This document shows, piece after piece, positions 7,953-16,310 of a stretch of 61,651 nt of DNA (within the stretch, counting starts at the first letter, position 1; each line of letters begins with the position of its first letter). The notes under the pieces are model-generated. The model ran no database searches and was not told where the DNA came from. It saw only the letters and a list, made by a program, of their open reading frames with translations. Source of the stretch: a virus (lineage: Duplodnaviria > Caudoviricetes); IMG/VR virus record IMGVR_UViG_3300038696_000188, positions 1 to 61,651 of that record. One strand, 5' to 3'. Both the position numbers and the translations under genes were made by a program.

Positions 7953-8103
7953 GATTACCTTCTCTCTGTGTATTTGTTACTTACAGCTTATCATAGATAC
8001 GACAAAACACCTAATCGACATAATTTATTCTCGATTAGGTTATTTACACAATGTGTGCAATAATGGTACTACACCGCACAACTACACAGGGAAAGAGGAG
8101 AAC

Positions 8104-8262
8104 ATGGCAACATATACCATCACCCAGACAGTGGAGTACATCGCTAGGGGTATCGTGGCAGACTCGGAAGACGAAGCCCGTGCCATCTACCTCCAAGACC
8201 AGGACTCGTACTACTCGTCCGTGGTTGAGGAATCCATCGAAGAGGAAGAGGAAGAGGAGTAG
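8104..8262 (+). CDS. 52-aa acidic protein with poly-Glu tail
   Basis: RBS GAGGAG; ADSEDEA motif; bidirectional terminator 8269-8303. Confidence 0.7.
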   Translation: MATYTITQTVEYIARGIVADSEDEARAIYLQDQDSYYSSVVEESIEEEEEEE

Positions 8263-8376
8263 AGATAGAAAAAAGGGGGGGGCTGAAAAGTCCCCCCTTT
8301 TTTGTGCCCGGTGTAATTTGACAGCGTGGCATGCAGCTGGTATTTTGTAACACAACAACAACAACAAGGAGAAATC

Positions 8377-8715
8377 ATGACCAGAAAAACAGCAGTAATT
8401 ATTAGGACTAACCACGTCATCGAAGTCATCGACATCGGGGACAACGCACTTGGCAAGCTCCAAGGCGCCGTGGGTGGATATGTGCAAGCTATCGACCTAA
8501 GCGACACTGTGACAATGTGGCTCAACGAAGAGGGAAAGCTCACTGGGCTACCGCATAACCTACTCGGTCAGATGCACTGGGATAAGGCGTTCGGCCCCGA
8601 CACGGATACCGTGATGGGTGACGTAGTCTTCACCGGTGGCGTAGACGGTGAGGGTGACACTGTGGGACTCACTGAGCGCCACCTGAGTGACCTAACCGCG
8701 ATAGCAGTACTTTAG
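8377..8715 (+). CDS. DUF3846-family protein, copy 1
   Basis: LQGAVGGYVQ...NEEGKL..LPHN...GDVVFTG; RBS AAGGAG; promoter at 8318. Confidence 0.8.
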   Translation: MTRKTAVIIRTNHVIEVIDIGDNALGKLQGAVGGYVQAIDLSDTVTMWLNEEGKLTGLPHNLLGQMHWDKAFGPDTDTVMGDVVFTGGVDGEGDTVGLTERHLSDLTAIAVL

Positions 8716-8918
8716 ACCCGCGCAGCAAAAAAAACCCCCGGCAAGCGCTGGGGGGTTTTTGCTTGCACCTGTGCTGTGAAAATTCCAAGGACTAGGGGCG
8801 AACTGAATCTTCTCGCATGTCACTGCAAGACCGGGTTGTGTCAGTACTGTAGGCGCGGGGGCGGGCTTAGACGTTACCTTCACCGGTTCATCGGGTGCGC
8901 CGTAAGTTGTTGCGTCTT

Positions 8919-9059
8919 GCGGGGGGTAAAAATTTGGGGGAGGGGTCGCTGCCACTCGTGTCCAACAAAAAACCCCCGCTGTTGGGCGGGGGGTAAAAAT
9001 TTGGGGGAGGGGTCGCTGCCACTCGTGTCCAACAAAAAACCCCCGCTGTTGGGCGGGGG
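8919..9059. repeat. 67-bp tandem duplication (about 2.1 copies)
   Basis: Unit GCGGGGGGTAAAAATTTGGGGGAGGGGTCGCTGCCACTCGTGTCCAACAAAAAACCCCCGCTGTTGG starts at 8919 and 8986. Confidence 0.9.
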
Positions 9060-9085
9060 CTCTTTGCTCTTGCTGTTGCGTGGTG

Positions 9086-9424
9086 TTAGGCGCTTGCGGT
9101 AACGCTTGCTACCAGATTTTTTAGGGCGTCATCGTCAAGCCCAAGCGTATCGCCGTTGCTATCCGTGCCACCAGTCAGAACTGCGTCGCCCACAATAATG
9201 TCCGCGCCAGTCCCAAAGCGTAGGTCAAAAAAGCGCTGGGCTAGTGCGTTGTGTGGCAAGTCCTCTAACTTTCCCTCTTCATTTACCCAAAGCGTCAGGT
9301 TATTGTTCAGGTCAATCGCTTGTACCCACCCGCCCACGGCTTTCTGTAACACGGAGAGAGAGTCGCTCCCAAAGTCTACGACCTCAGTTTCTCCCGTGGT
9401 CTTGATAATAATTACATTCCTCAT
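9086..9424 (-). CDS. DUF3846-family protein, copy 2
   Basis: LQKAVGGWVQ...NEEGKL..LPHN...GDAVLTG; promoter TTGACT(9479)-N17-TAGACT. Confidence 0.8.
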   Translation of the reverse strand: MRNVIIIKTTGETEVVDFGSDSLSVLQKAVGGWVQAIDLNNNLTLWVNEEGKLEDLPHNALAQRFFDLRFGTGADIIVGDAVLTGGTDSNGDTLGLDDDALKNLVASVTASA

Positions 9425-9475
9425 AATGATTCCTTTCTTGTTGTGTGTTTAGTCTACTACTAAACTAATATAAAG

Positions 9476-9670
9476 TCAAACTAGGATTTCTGGGTCTGCC
9501 AAGACAAGCACCTCTTGCTCATCAAAGTATTCGCCAGTGCTGTTATCAAGTACTCTCACGAGACGGGCTAAGTGTGTGCGGTTGATAGTCAAGCGCAGAT
9601 GCTCAAGCGTGCCTACGCTGTGCGTAAAAGTACGCCCTAGCGCTGTTGTGATGGTTACTGTGTACGACAT
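9476..9670 (-). CDS. Hypothetical protein
   Basis: ATG after GAAGGAAG (start re-called). Confidence 0.65.
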   Translation of the reverse strand: MSYTVTITTALGRTFTHSVGTLEHLRLTINRTHLARLVRVLDNSTGEYFDEQEVLVLADPEILV

Positions 9671-9750
9671 AGTCTTCCTTCCTTCTCTCTTAGACACCGT
9701 AAGCGCCCAAGCCCACACACGGTGAACTTGAGCGCCCTAGGCGTTAGGTC

Positions 9751-9960
9751 TTAGGCGTTGGGGCTCTCCCAAGGCAAGGTGCCATAGGCGAGCGTTGCCA
9801 AGTGATGAAAGCCAAGCACCTGGTTATTGTAAGTGGCTTCGACGATTCCCGTGCCAAAGTCGCGTCGTGCGTCACTAGCGAACTTGCGCACTTGCTCTAC
9901 AGTGTCAATGACAAAGCCGTAGGTGACTCCATTGGTGTCGCGTGCTGTGATTCCAAACAT
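9751..9960 (-). CDS. Hypothetical protein
   Basis: RBS GAAAGGA; promoter TTGACA(10025)-N17-TACCCT. Confidence 0.7.
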   Translation of the reverse strand: MFGITARDTNGVTYGFVIDTVEQVRKFASDARRDFGTGIVEATYNNQVLGFHHLATLAYGTLPWESPNA

Positions 9961-10185
9961 AGTGTGTCCTTTCTTAGGGGGTGTTGCTTATAGACAAGGG
10001 TACACAACATACAAGAAAATGTCAAGTCCTCACCCTATTGGCGTGGCAAGATGCGGGGCGTGGTGTTGAGGGGGGTAAAAATTTGGGGGCGTTTAGCGCT
10101 TGCTAATTTAGCGCTTGCTAATCTGTGCGTGCGTCAAAAGAAAAAGCCCCCCTACTTGCGGGGGGCTCTCTCTTCTCGCCTCAGA

Positions 10186-10413
10186 CTAGCAAGTCTCGAA
10201 TTGGATTTCGTAATCCTCACCCTTGACCAACCCCCGTGCGTGAAAGTCTGCGGTGATGGGCGCAAGCCAAGCCACTGCGTCATTCCAATGACCGAAAACT
10301 CCACCACTCTCCGTGGTGTAAGGCAAAGCCTGGTGCCACGCTGTCTCGCGAACAGTGACGACATAGTCTGTGCGAACATATTCTGCGATTTTGGCTTCTG
10401 TGATTTTGCTCAT
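10186..10413 (-). CDS. Hypothetical protein
   Basis: RBS GAAAGG; promoter TTGACA(10471)-N17-TAGTCT. Confidence 0.7.
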   Translation of the reverse strand: MSKITEAKIAEYVRTDYVVTVRETAWHQALPYTTESGGVFGHWNDAVAWLAPITADFHARGLVKGEDYEIQFETC

Positions 10414-10574
10414 CGTGAGCCCCTTTCATCTGGTGTACTACCAGACTATCGCCCTAACGTGAGAATGTCAAGTCTAAACAAAAAAAAATAAAAAAAGTTT
10501 TTTGTTGTTTTGACTTGCGGATTTGTCTTGTATGCCCTAGACTAAGTACATCACTCCAACGAAAGGAATCCAAA

Positions 10575-10760
10575 ATGGATAATTCAGACATCAAGCGCCT
10601 AGCCACCCTCAAGCGTGAGAAAAGCGAAAATGAGCAGGCTCTCGCCCGCTCCATCTTCATCTACCAAGCGGACAGGCTACAAGGCGCGATTCGCTCTCAA
10701 GCGAAAGCCATCGCAAACCTAGAGCTAGGGCTCAAGCTCTCAGGCAGGGGTAGCGCCTAG
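10575..10760 (+). CDS. Small coiled-coil protein
   Basis: TAGACT at 10538, CAACGAAAGGA leader; terminator at about 10783-10812. Confidence 0.7.
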   Translation: MDNSDIKRLATLKREKSENEQALARSIFIYQADRLQGAIRSQAKAIANLELGLKLSGRGSA

Positions 10761-11236
10761 CCCAAGCGGACACACAAGCGGAGAGCCCCCTAGGTAACCC
10801 CTAGGGGGTTTTCTTCTGCCCCCTGACAGCACCTATACGGGACACCCACACCGTTACACACACGGCTAATTCACACGGCTAAAGCCACGGTTTCTTTTTC
10901 TTAGACACCCACCCCACACACCACAGGGAGAAAAGCTCAACCCATAAAAAGACGGCGGGGCAACACCCAAGCCCAAGCCAGACAAGCCAAAAGAATTAGC
11001 CCAAGACAGAAAAGAAAAAAGTGTACCTACCCCCACTAATCAACCCCACAATGCCCCGCCCTGAGGAACACCCCACACCTAGAAAACATCACACACAATA
11101 AAGCGACCCCTCAAAAAAACCTGAGGGTATGCGGTGATTCGATTTTTGACACCCCAAAGAAAAGCCCTAGCCAGGAAAAAAGCGCCACCCCTGAGAACAA
11201 CTAGCCCCCTACCCCCCACACCTAGCACCCACCAAG

Positions 11237-11300
11237 AACACCTAGCACTTGACACTAGACAACACCACACTAAACAACACCTAGCACTTGACACTAGACA
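11237..11300. repeat. 25-bp direct repeat in the long intergenic region
   Basis: AACACCTAGCACTTGACACTAGACA at 11237-11261 and 11276-11300. Confidence 0.85.
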
Positions 11301-11597
11301 CCTAGACAATTAGTAAAGCACTAGCAATATTTTTTTGTAAACGCTTGCGATATTCTGTAAAAGATTTAGATGCTGTCTTCCCAAAAGCAGGAAATAAAAA
11401 ATAATCCTCATCAAAAAGATTTTTCTGTTTTTGCCGAATTTTTTAGGAAACGTTTTGAAACATCTTCAGATATAAGGGCATCCCACTCGCAGGCCAAAAG
11501 CAAATTAACTAAAGGTTCATTAAATCGCCTCTGCCGTACAATAATGTTGGCCCTCTCCTGCCTGAACGAGTACATAGAAACGCTGTACAATAAAGTT

Positions 11598-12095
11598 ATG
11601 ACCGAGAGAACGTATTTGCCTAAGGATGAAGTGAGTTTTATTGACTCTCTTGACCGTCCTGCAACTGAGTCGCGTCTCCGAGCTCTTTGGGAGTCTGGCT
11701 GGTCTCTTTCCATTCTTGGGGAGTCTCTTAACCCTCAACGCCCTAAGACGACTATTCATTTTTGGGTTAAGCGTGCTGCCCCTGCACACCAGAACCGCCC
11801 TATCCCGCAGGCCCCTCCTCGCAGTCTTACGACCTCTGTTCCGACAAAGAATGCCCCTCGCCTTCGTTCTGTATCCCCTGGGGTGCCACCAGATATGAAA
11901 CCTCGTCTCAGGGAGCTTTCTGCTCTTGCGAGGCGTTATCGTGCTAGGACGATGCCTGACTCTCCGTTGGCCCAGGCTAATCGTGATTTGACTGCTATGG
12001 CAGTTGCGCTTCGCTCTATGGGTGTGCCTACTGCTGCGATTGCTGAGGCTGCTGGGGTTTCGTATCGTGCGATGGCTAGGAGGTTGAGTAGGTGA
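11598..12095 (+). CDS. HTH DNA-binding protein (two HTH-like segments, leaderless)
   Basis: TACAAT-N6-ATG; GWSLSILG...KTTIHFW and GVPTAAIAEAAGVSYRAMARRL. Confidence 0.7.
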   Translation: MTERTYLPKDEVSFIDSLDRPATESRLRALWESGWSLSILGESLNPQRPKTTIHFWVKRAAPAHQNRPIPQAPPRSLTTSVPTKNAPRLRSVSPGVPPDMKPRLRELSALARRYRARTMPDSPLAQANRDLTAMAVALRSMGVPTAAIAEAAGVSYRAMARRLSR

Positions 12096-12421
12096 AGAAC
12101 TATAAGACTGCGTCTGGTACGTATTCGGAGTCGGAGCTTGCTGTTGTGGTTTGGCGTAATCCGAAAAATAAAAAGTCTAGCCAGGCTCGGTTCCTTGAGA
12201 CGATGACTGCTGAGGATTCTCCACACCCGATGGCTTTCCCTATTGCGATGCTTCTTGTAAAGAAGGAGTGGTCGCGCTCTGTTCGAGTTTCTTCGGTTGA
12301 CGATGTTGTTACGCACATACAGGACTCTAGCCGTGTTCGACCTCTTGTTGTTCCTCTGCCTGTCGCGGAGAGTGCGTTTGGTTGGTCGACTTTTTATATC
12401 CCAACGGAGTACACCCTGTGA
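12092..12421 (+). CDS. Hypothetical protein
   Basis: Overlaps the upstream stop; operon context. Confidence 0.7.
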   Translation: MKNYKTASGTYSESELAVVVWRNPKNKKSSQARFLETMTAEDSPHPMAFPIAMLLVKKEWSRSVRVSSVDDVVTHIQDSSRVRPLVVPLPVAESAFGWSTFYIPTEYTL

Positions 12422-12780
12422 AGCGTGTTGATGTTTTCCCTGCTTTTTTGAGGTTGGCCCCTTCGGACTCTCTTTCCGACATCACTACTTTAAAAATTAA
12501 GGGCGAGGCTCCTCGGGGGTCGAGGTTTTTGGATAGGTGTCGTGTGGTGATTGTTCGGGACCAGGTTATGGTTGCTTTGGATTCTCCTGAGGGGCCTCAG
12601 CTTGTTTTTCGTGAGAAGCTTGTTGAGGCGCAGCATGTTGAGAAGATATCGTATGTTAGGACAGAGTCGGGTAAGATTTTGGCGTTTACTAAGGATGAGA
12701 ACTGTGGGTGTGGTTCTAGGTTGAGGGGTTGGAATCCGTATGGGAATATTGTTAGCTCAAGTTCGGACCCTGTCGAGTAG
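12418..12780 (+). CDS. Hypothetical protein (CGCGSRLRGWNPY motif)
   Basis: GTGA overlap, RBS GGAG. Confidence 0.7.
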   Translation: MKRVDVFPAFLRLAPSDSLSDITTLKIKGEAPRGSRFLDRCRVVIVRDQVMVALDSPEGPQLVFREKLVEAQHVEKISYVRTESGKILAFTKDENCGCGSRLRGWNPYGNIVSSSSDPVE

Positions 12781-12822
12781 GTATGAAGTGGAGAAGACTT
12801 TGATGTTTGAGGGCGGTGTTTT

Positions 12823-13107
12823 GTGGGTGCTTTAGAGTTCATTATTCTTGGGTTGGCGACTTATCGTATTACGAGGTTGGCTACTCGTGACACTATTTTT
12901 GAGTCTGCCCGTAATAGGTATTGGCGTCGGTTTCCTCCTGAGTCCAGCAAGCTTGGTTATTTGTTGACTTGTGAATGGTGTTTGTCAGTGTGGGTGGCAT
13001 CATTACTTTATGTATCGGCTATGATTAGTACAGTAACTGTTTTGGTTGTTGTGCCTTTCGCGCTTTCAGCTATTGCGGGACTATTGACCGCGTACGAGGA
13101 CAAATAA
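12823..13107 (+). CDS. DUF1360-family membrane protein
   Basis: LATYRITRL..D.IF...R...GYLLTCEWCLSVW signature. Confidence 0.75.
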   Translation: MGALEFIILGLATYRITRLATRDTIFESARNRYWRRFPPESSKLGYLLTCEWCLSVWVASLLYVSAMISTVTVLVVVPFALSAIAGLLTAYEDK

Positions 13108-13148
13108 GTTTGTAACCGTATTCCGCCAAATTGACGAGGAGCCCCCAC

Positions 13149-14876
13149 GTGGGTATTTTTAATAAGGAAGAGCCACCAGTAGCGAGCAACCTTGGTGCTG
13201 CCACTCGGAAGAGGAAATCTACTTCTGGCCGTTCCATGTCTCGTTCTACGCAGATGGTCTCTGCCCCTGGTTCTCAGCCTGGTCTTTTTTATAACACTCC
13301 TGCTCCTGCCGCTTATAACACTCCTAGGTCTTTAACTGCTGCTGCTGCGCAGGTTAAAACTAATGATAAGGGCGAGTTCGAGCAGTTTAAGGCTCGCCGT
13401 TCTGCTTCGTCTTCTGCTTGGCAGGCTGAGGCGTGGGAGTATTACGATGCTATTGGTGAGATTAAGTATGCTTTTAACCTGGTAGCTTCTGTTGTTTCTC
13501 GTATTCGGATTTATGCGGCTGCTGTTGATGACCCTAGCCAGGCTCCGATTCCTGTTGATGAGTCTAGGGTTGTTGACCCTAATCTTGCTGCTGCTGCTCA
13601 GCGTGCTTTGAATCGGTTGAACTCTGCGTATGGCGGACAGCCTGGTTTGTTGAAGGATGCGGCTCTTAACTTGGCTGTGTCTGGTGAGTGTTATTTGGTT
13701 CAGATGCCTGCCCGTAGGGGTACTGGTGAGCCTGAGTCTTGGGATATTCGTTCTGTTGACGAGGTCATTGTTGATGGTCGTGGGCAGTATAACGTTATTG
13801 GTCGCCGTGAGCAGGCGCAGGGTGGCAAGATGAGTGGGGGTGTTACTGCTCTTGGCAGTAAGGCTTTTGTTGGTCGGATTTGGCGTTCGCACCCTCGTTA
13901 TTCTGATGAGGCTGATAGTTCGCTTCGTGGTCTTTTGGACCTTTGTGCTGAGCTTTTGCTTCTTAACCGTACTTTCCGTGCTACTGCACGTTCTCGCCTT
14001 AACGCTGGTGCTTTGTATCTGCCTGATGGTCTTTCTGTCGCGGCTCAGGGTGACCCTGAACTTTACGACTCTGAGGATGGGATTGGCTCTGGTGTGACGG
14101 CTGAGGAGGCAGAGGACGAGTTCGAGGAGCAGTTGATTGATGCGATGACGACTCCGATTCGTGATGAGGAGTCTGCGTCTGCTGTTGTCCCACTGATTAT
14201 TCGTGGGCCTTCTGAGCTTGGTGATGCTATTAAGCAGTTTAAGTTTGAGCGTTCTTTTGACCCTGCTTTGGCTTTGCGTGCTGACCGTGTTTTGGAGCGC
14301 ATCATGCAGGGTCTTGATGTTCCTAAGGATATTGTTACGGGTCTGGCGAATGTGAAGTATTCGAATGCCCTGCAGATTGATGAGTCTTTGTATAAGGCTC
14401 ACATTGAGCCTCTCATGCTTCTTATTGTTGACGCTCTTACTGTTGTGTATCTTCGCCCGTATCTCACTGCTAATGGGTACACAGATGAAGAGGTTTCTCG
14501 TATTACTGTGTGGTATGACCCCTCAGCGGTCTCCACACGTAACGACAGGGCCACGGACGCTGATGCAGGGTTTGACCGTGGTGCAGTGTCTTCAGACGCT
14601 TGGCGACGCGCACACGGCTTCTCAGACCAGGATGCTCCGACACCTAACGAGGTTGCTCTTCGTATGCTCACTGAGCGTGGGGTTTTGACTCCTGAGTTGA
14701 CGGAGGCAATGCTTGCCGCTGTTTCGCCTGAGATGATGAACGCGGTGCGTGGTGCACAGCAGGCTGCGTCTGTTGCGCCTTTGCCTCCTGATGTTGAGGA
14801 TGCTTTGAAGAGCGCTTCTCCTGGTGCTGCTGGCGCATCTGATGCTGGCACTGATGATTCCGCTGGAATAGAATAG
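13149..14876 (+). CDS. Portal protein
   Basis: WQAEAWEYYDAIGEIKYA and HPRYSDEADS motifs of cluster-B-like actinophage portals; position; GTG after GAGGAG. Confidence 0.85.
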   Translation: MGIFNKEEPPVASNLGAATRKRKSTSGRSMSRSTQMVSAPGSQPGLFYNTPAPAAYNTPRSLTAAAAQVKTNDKGEFEQFKARRSASSSAWQAEAWEYYDAIGEIKYAFNLVASVVSRIRIYAAAVDDPSQAPIPVDESRVVDPNLAAAAQRALNRLNSAYGGQPGLLKDAALNLAVSGECYLVQMPARRGTGEPESWDIRSVDEVIVDGRGQYNVIGRREQAQGGKMSGGVTALGSKAFVGRIWRSHPRYSDEADSSLRGLLDLCAELLLLNRTFRATARSRLNAGALYLPDGLSVAAQGDPELYDSEDGIGSGVTAEEAEDEFEEQLIDAMTTPIRDEESASAVVPLIIRGPSELGDAIKQFKFERSFDPALALRADRVLERIMQGLDVPKDIVTGLANVKYSNALQIDESLYKAHIEPLMLLIVDALTVVYLRPYLTANGYTDEEVSRITVWYDPSAVSTRNDRATDADAGFDRGAVSSDAWRRAHGFSDQDAPTPNEVALRMLTERGVLTPELTEAMLAAVSPEMMNAVRGAQQAASVAPLPPDVEDALKSASPGAAGASDAGTDDSAGIE

Positions 14877-14913
14877 GAAGTTTGTGGTGGGACACAAGTA
14901 TGTGGGGGGCGAT

Positions 14914-15384
14914 ATGCCTGATAATGCGAAACTTAAGCTTGCTAACAATGTTGCAATGAATCTTGGTAACGCTGTTGTTTTTACGTTTAAAGCTCAGGGG
15001 CATCATTGGAATGTTGAGGGTGAAGATTTTAGTCAGTTTCATAACTTTTTTGGTGAAATTTATGAGGATGTCCAGGATTCTATTGACCCGTTGGCTGAGA
15101 ATCTTCGTAAGTTGGATATGAAGGCTCCTAGTAATTTGATTGAGTTTGCTCAGTGTTCTTGTATCACTGATTCTCCTTCTTGCGATAATGTTTTTATGAT
15201 GTTGGAGGATTTGTATACTGCCAATAATCAGTTTATTTTGTCGCTTAATGAGGGGTTTAAACTTTCTGAGGCTGCTTCTGAGTATGGGATTAACGACTTT
15301 TATGGTGGGCGCATTGATATGCATAAGAAGTGGGAGTGGATGCTTCGCTCTCATTTGCGTGGGCAGCGGGGGCTTGGTTACTAA
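14914..15384 (+). CDS. dps: Dps / ferritin-like protein
   Basis: HHWNVEGEDFSQFHNFFGEIYE...D.LAE...HKKWEWML ferroxidase signature. Confidence 0.9.
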   Translation: MPDNAKLKLANNVAMNLGNAVVFTFKAQGHHWNVEGEDFSQFHNFFGEIYEDVQDSIDPLAENLRKLDMKAPSNLIEFAQCSCITDSPSCDNVFMMLEDLYTANNQFILSLNEGFKLSEAASEYGINDFYGGRIDMHKKWEWMLRSHLRGQRGLGY

Positions 15385-16310
15385 TGTCTGATTGGGATAA
15401 CTTGGAGCGTGGCAAGCCTTTTGTTGTTGCGTCTGCTTCTGTTGTCCCTAAGGGTAAGATTCCTACTCCGAAGGAGTTGTACGCATCATTGTCGGCAAAT
15501 AGTGCGGCTCGTGAGGAGCTCCGCGCTGAGGCCCCTGATGGTTACCACTATATGCCTGATGGCGAGCTGATGAAGGATTCGGAGCATGAGGCCGAGGAGT
15601 TTGCTGCTAAGCGGAATCGTACTAAGGCTCAGACTCCTGCCCCTAAGAAGGACCAGAAGAAGGGGTCTTCTGAGAATAAGAAGGGTTCTGCTGCTGGCGG
15701 TAAGAAAATTACTTTTTCTAAGTCAGTTGAGGCTTCTTTGCAAAATAAGGTTGCAGAGCACAATGAGAAGGCTTCTAAGGGGCGTAGAGCTTCTTTGGGG
15801 ATGTTGAAGGCCGTGTATCGACGGGGCGCTGGTGCTTATTCTACAAGTCACCGTCCTGGGCAGTCTCGTGGTGGTTGGGCTATGGCCCGTGTTAACGCGT
15901 TCCTTCGCCTGTTGAGGTCTGGTAAGCCTAGTAAAGCTGCTTACACTCAGGATAATGACCTTCTTCCTTCTGGCCACCCCAGGGCGTCTAAGAAGGGCGC
16001 GTCTGCTGATTCTTTGCTTGCTGGTGGCTCTTATTTAATTCCTGAGGAAAAGGATTTGGTTTCAGCTGCCGTTGAGCACGACCTTACTGTTTTGTTGAAA
16101 GATAAAGACGATTATTCTTCTACTGAAGAGGCTATACTTAATTTTACAGAGTACATGGGTCTTGGATATGAAACAGAGTTTGCGGTTAGAGCCAGTTGGC
16201 TTCGTGCGGTTCGAAATGGGGAGAGCCCGTTTCAGCGTGTTCGGATGCTAGCTACGATGACTTACGACAGTTTGGATGCAGACCTCCTGCCTAAGGAGAA
16301 CAATGCTTAA
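15384..16310 (+). CDS. Head-module protein with DUF5824-like domain
   Basis: LKAVYRRGAGAYSTSHRPG...WAMARVNAF motif; TAATG coupling to dps. Confidence 0.7.
   Translation: MSDWDNLERGKPFVVASASVVPKGKIPTPKELYASLSANSAAREELRAEAPDGYHYMPDGELMKDSEHEAEEFAAKRNRTKAQTPAPKKDQKKGSSENKKGSAAGGKKITFSKSVEASLQNKVAEHNEKASKGRRASLGMLKAVYRRGAGAYSTSHRPGQSRGGWAMARVNAFLRLLRSGKPSKAAYTQDNDLLPSGHPRASKKGASADSLLAGGSYLIPEEKDLVSAAVEHDLTVLLKDKDDYSSTEEAILNFTEYMGLGYETEFAVRASWLRAVRNGESPFQRVRMLATMTYDSLDADLLPKENNA

Larger units (their letters stand above)
631..10082. repeat. Dispersed motif GGGTAAAAAT, 13 copies
   Basis: + strand at 631, 1608, 3324, 3909, 4609, 4878, 5881, 8924, 8991, 10073; - strand at 2037, 6501, 7186; several preceded by CCCCTAGG. 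Confidence 0.85.

Noticed and set aside
124-10812. Classical integron with attC sites
   Set aside because: No integron integrase in the window, no clear attC structure, and the cassettes carry their own promoters.
11370-11597. N-terminal extension of the HTH ORF from 11370
   Set aside because: No RBS, atypical composition, and a leaderless -10 fits the ATG at 11598.
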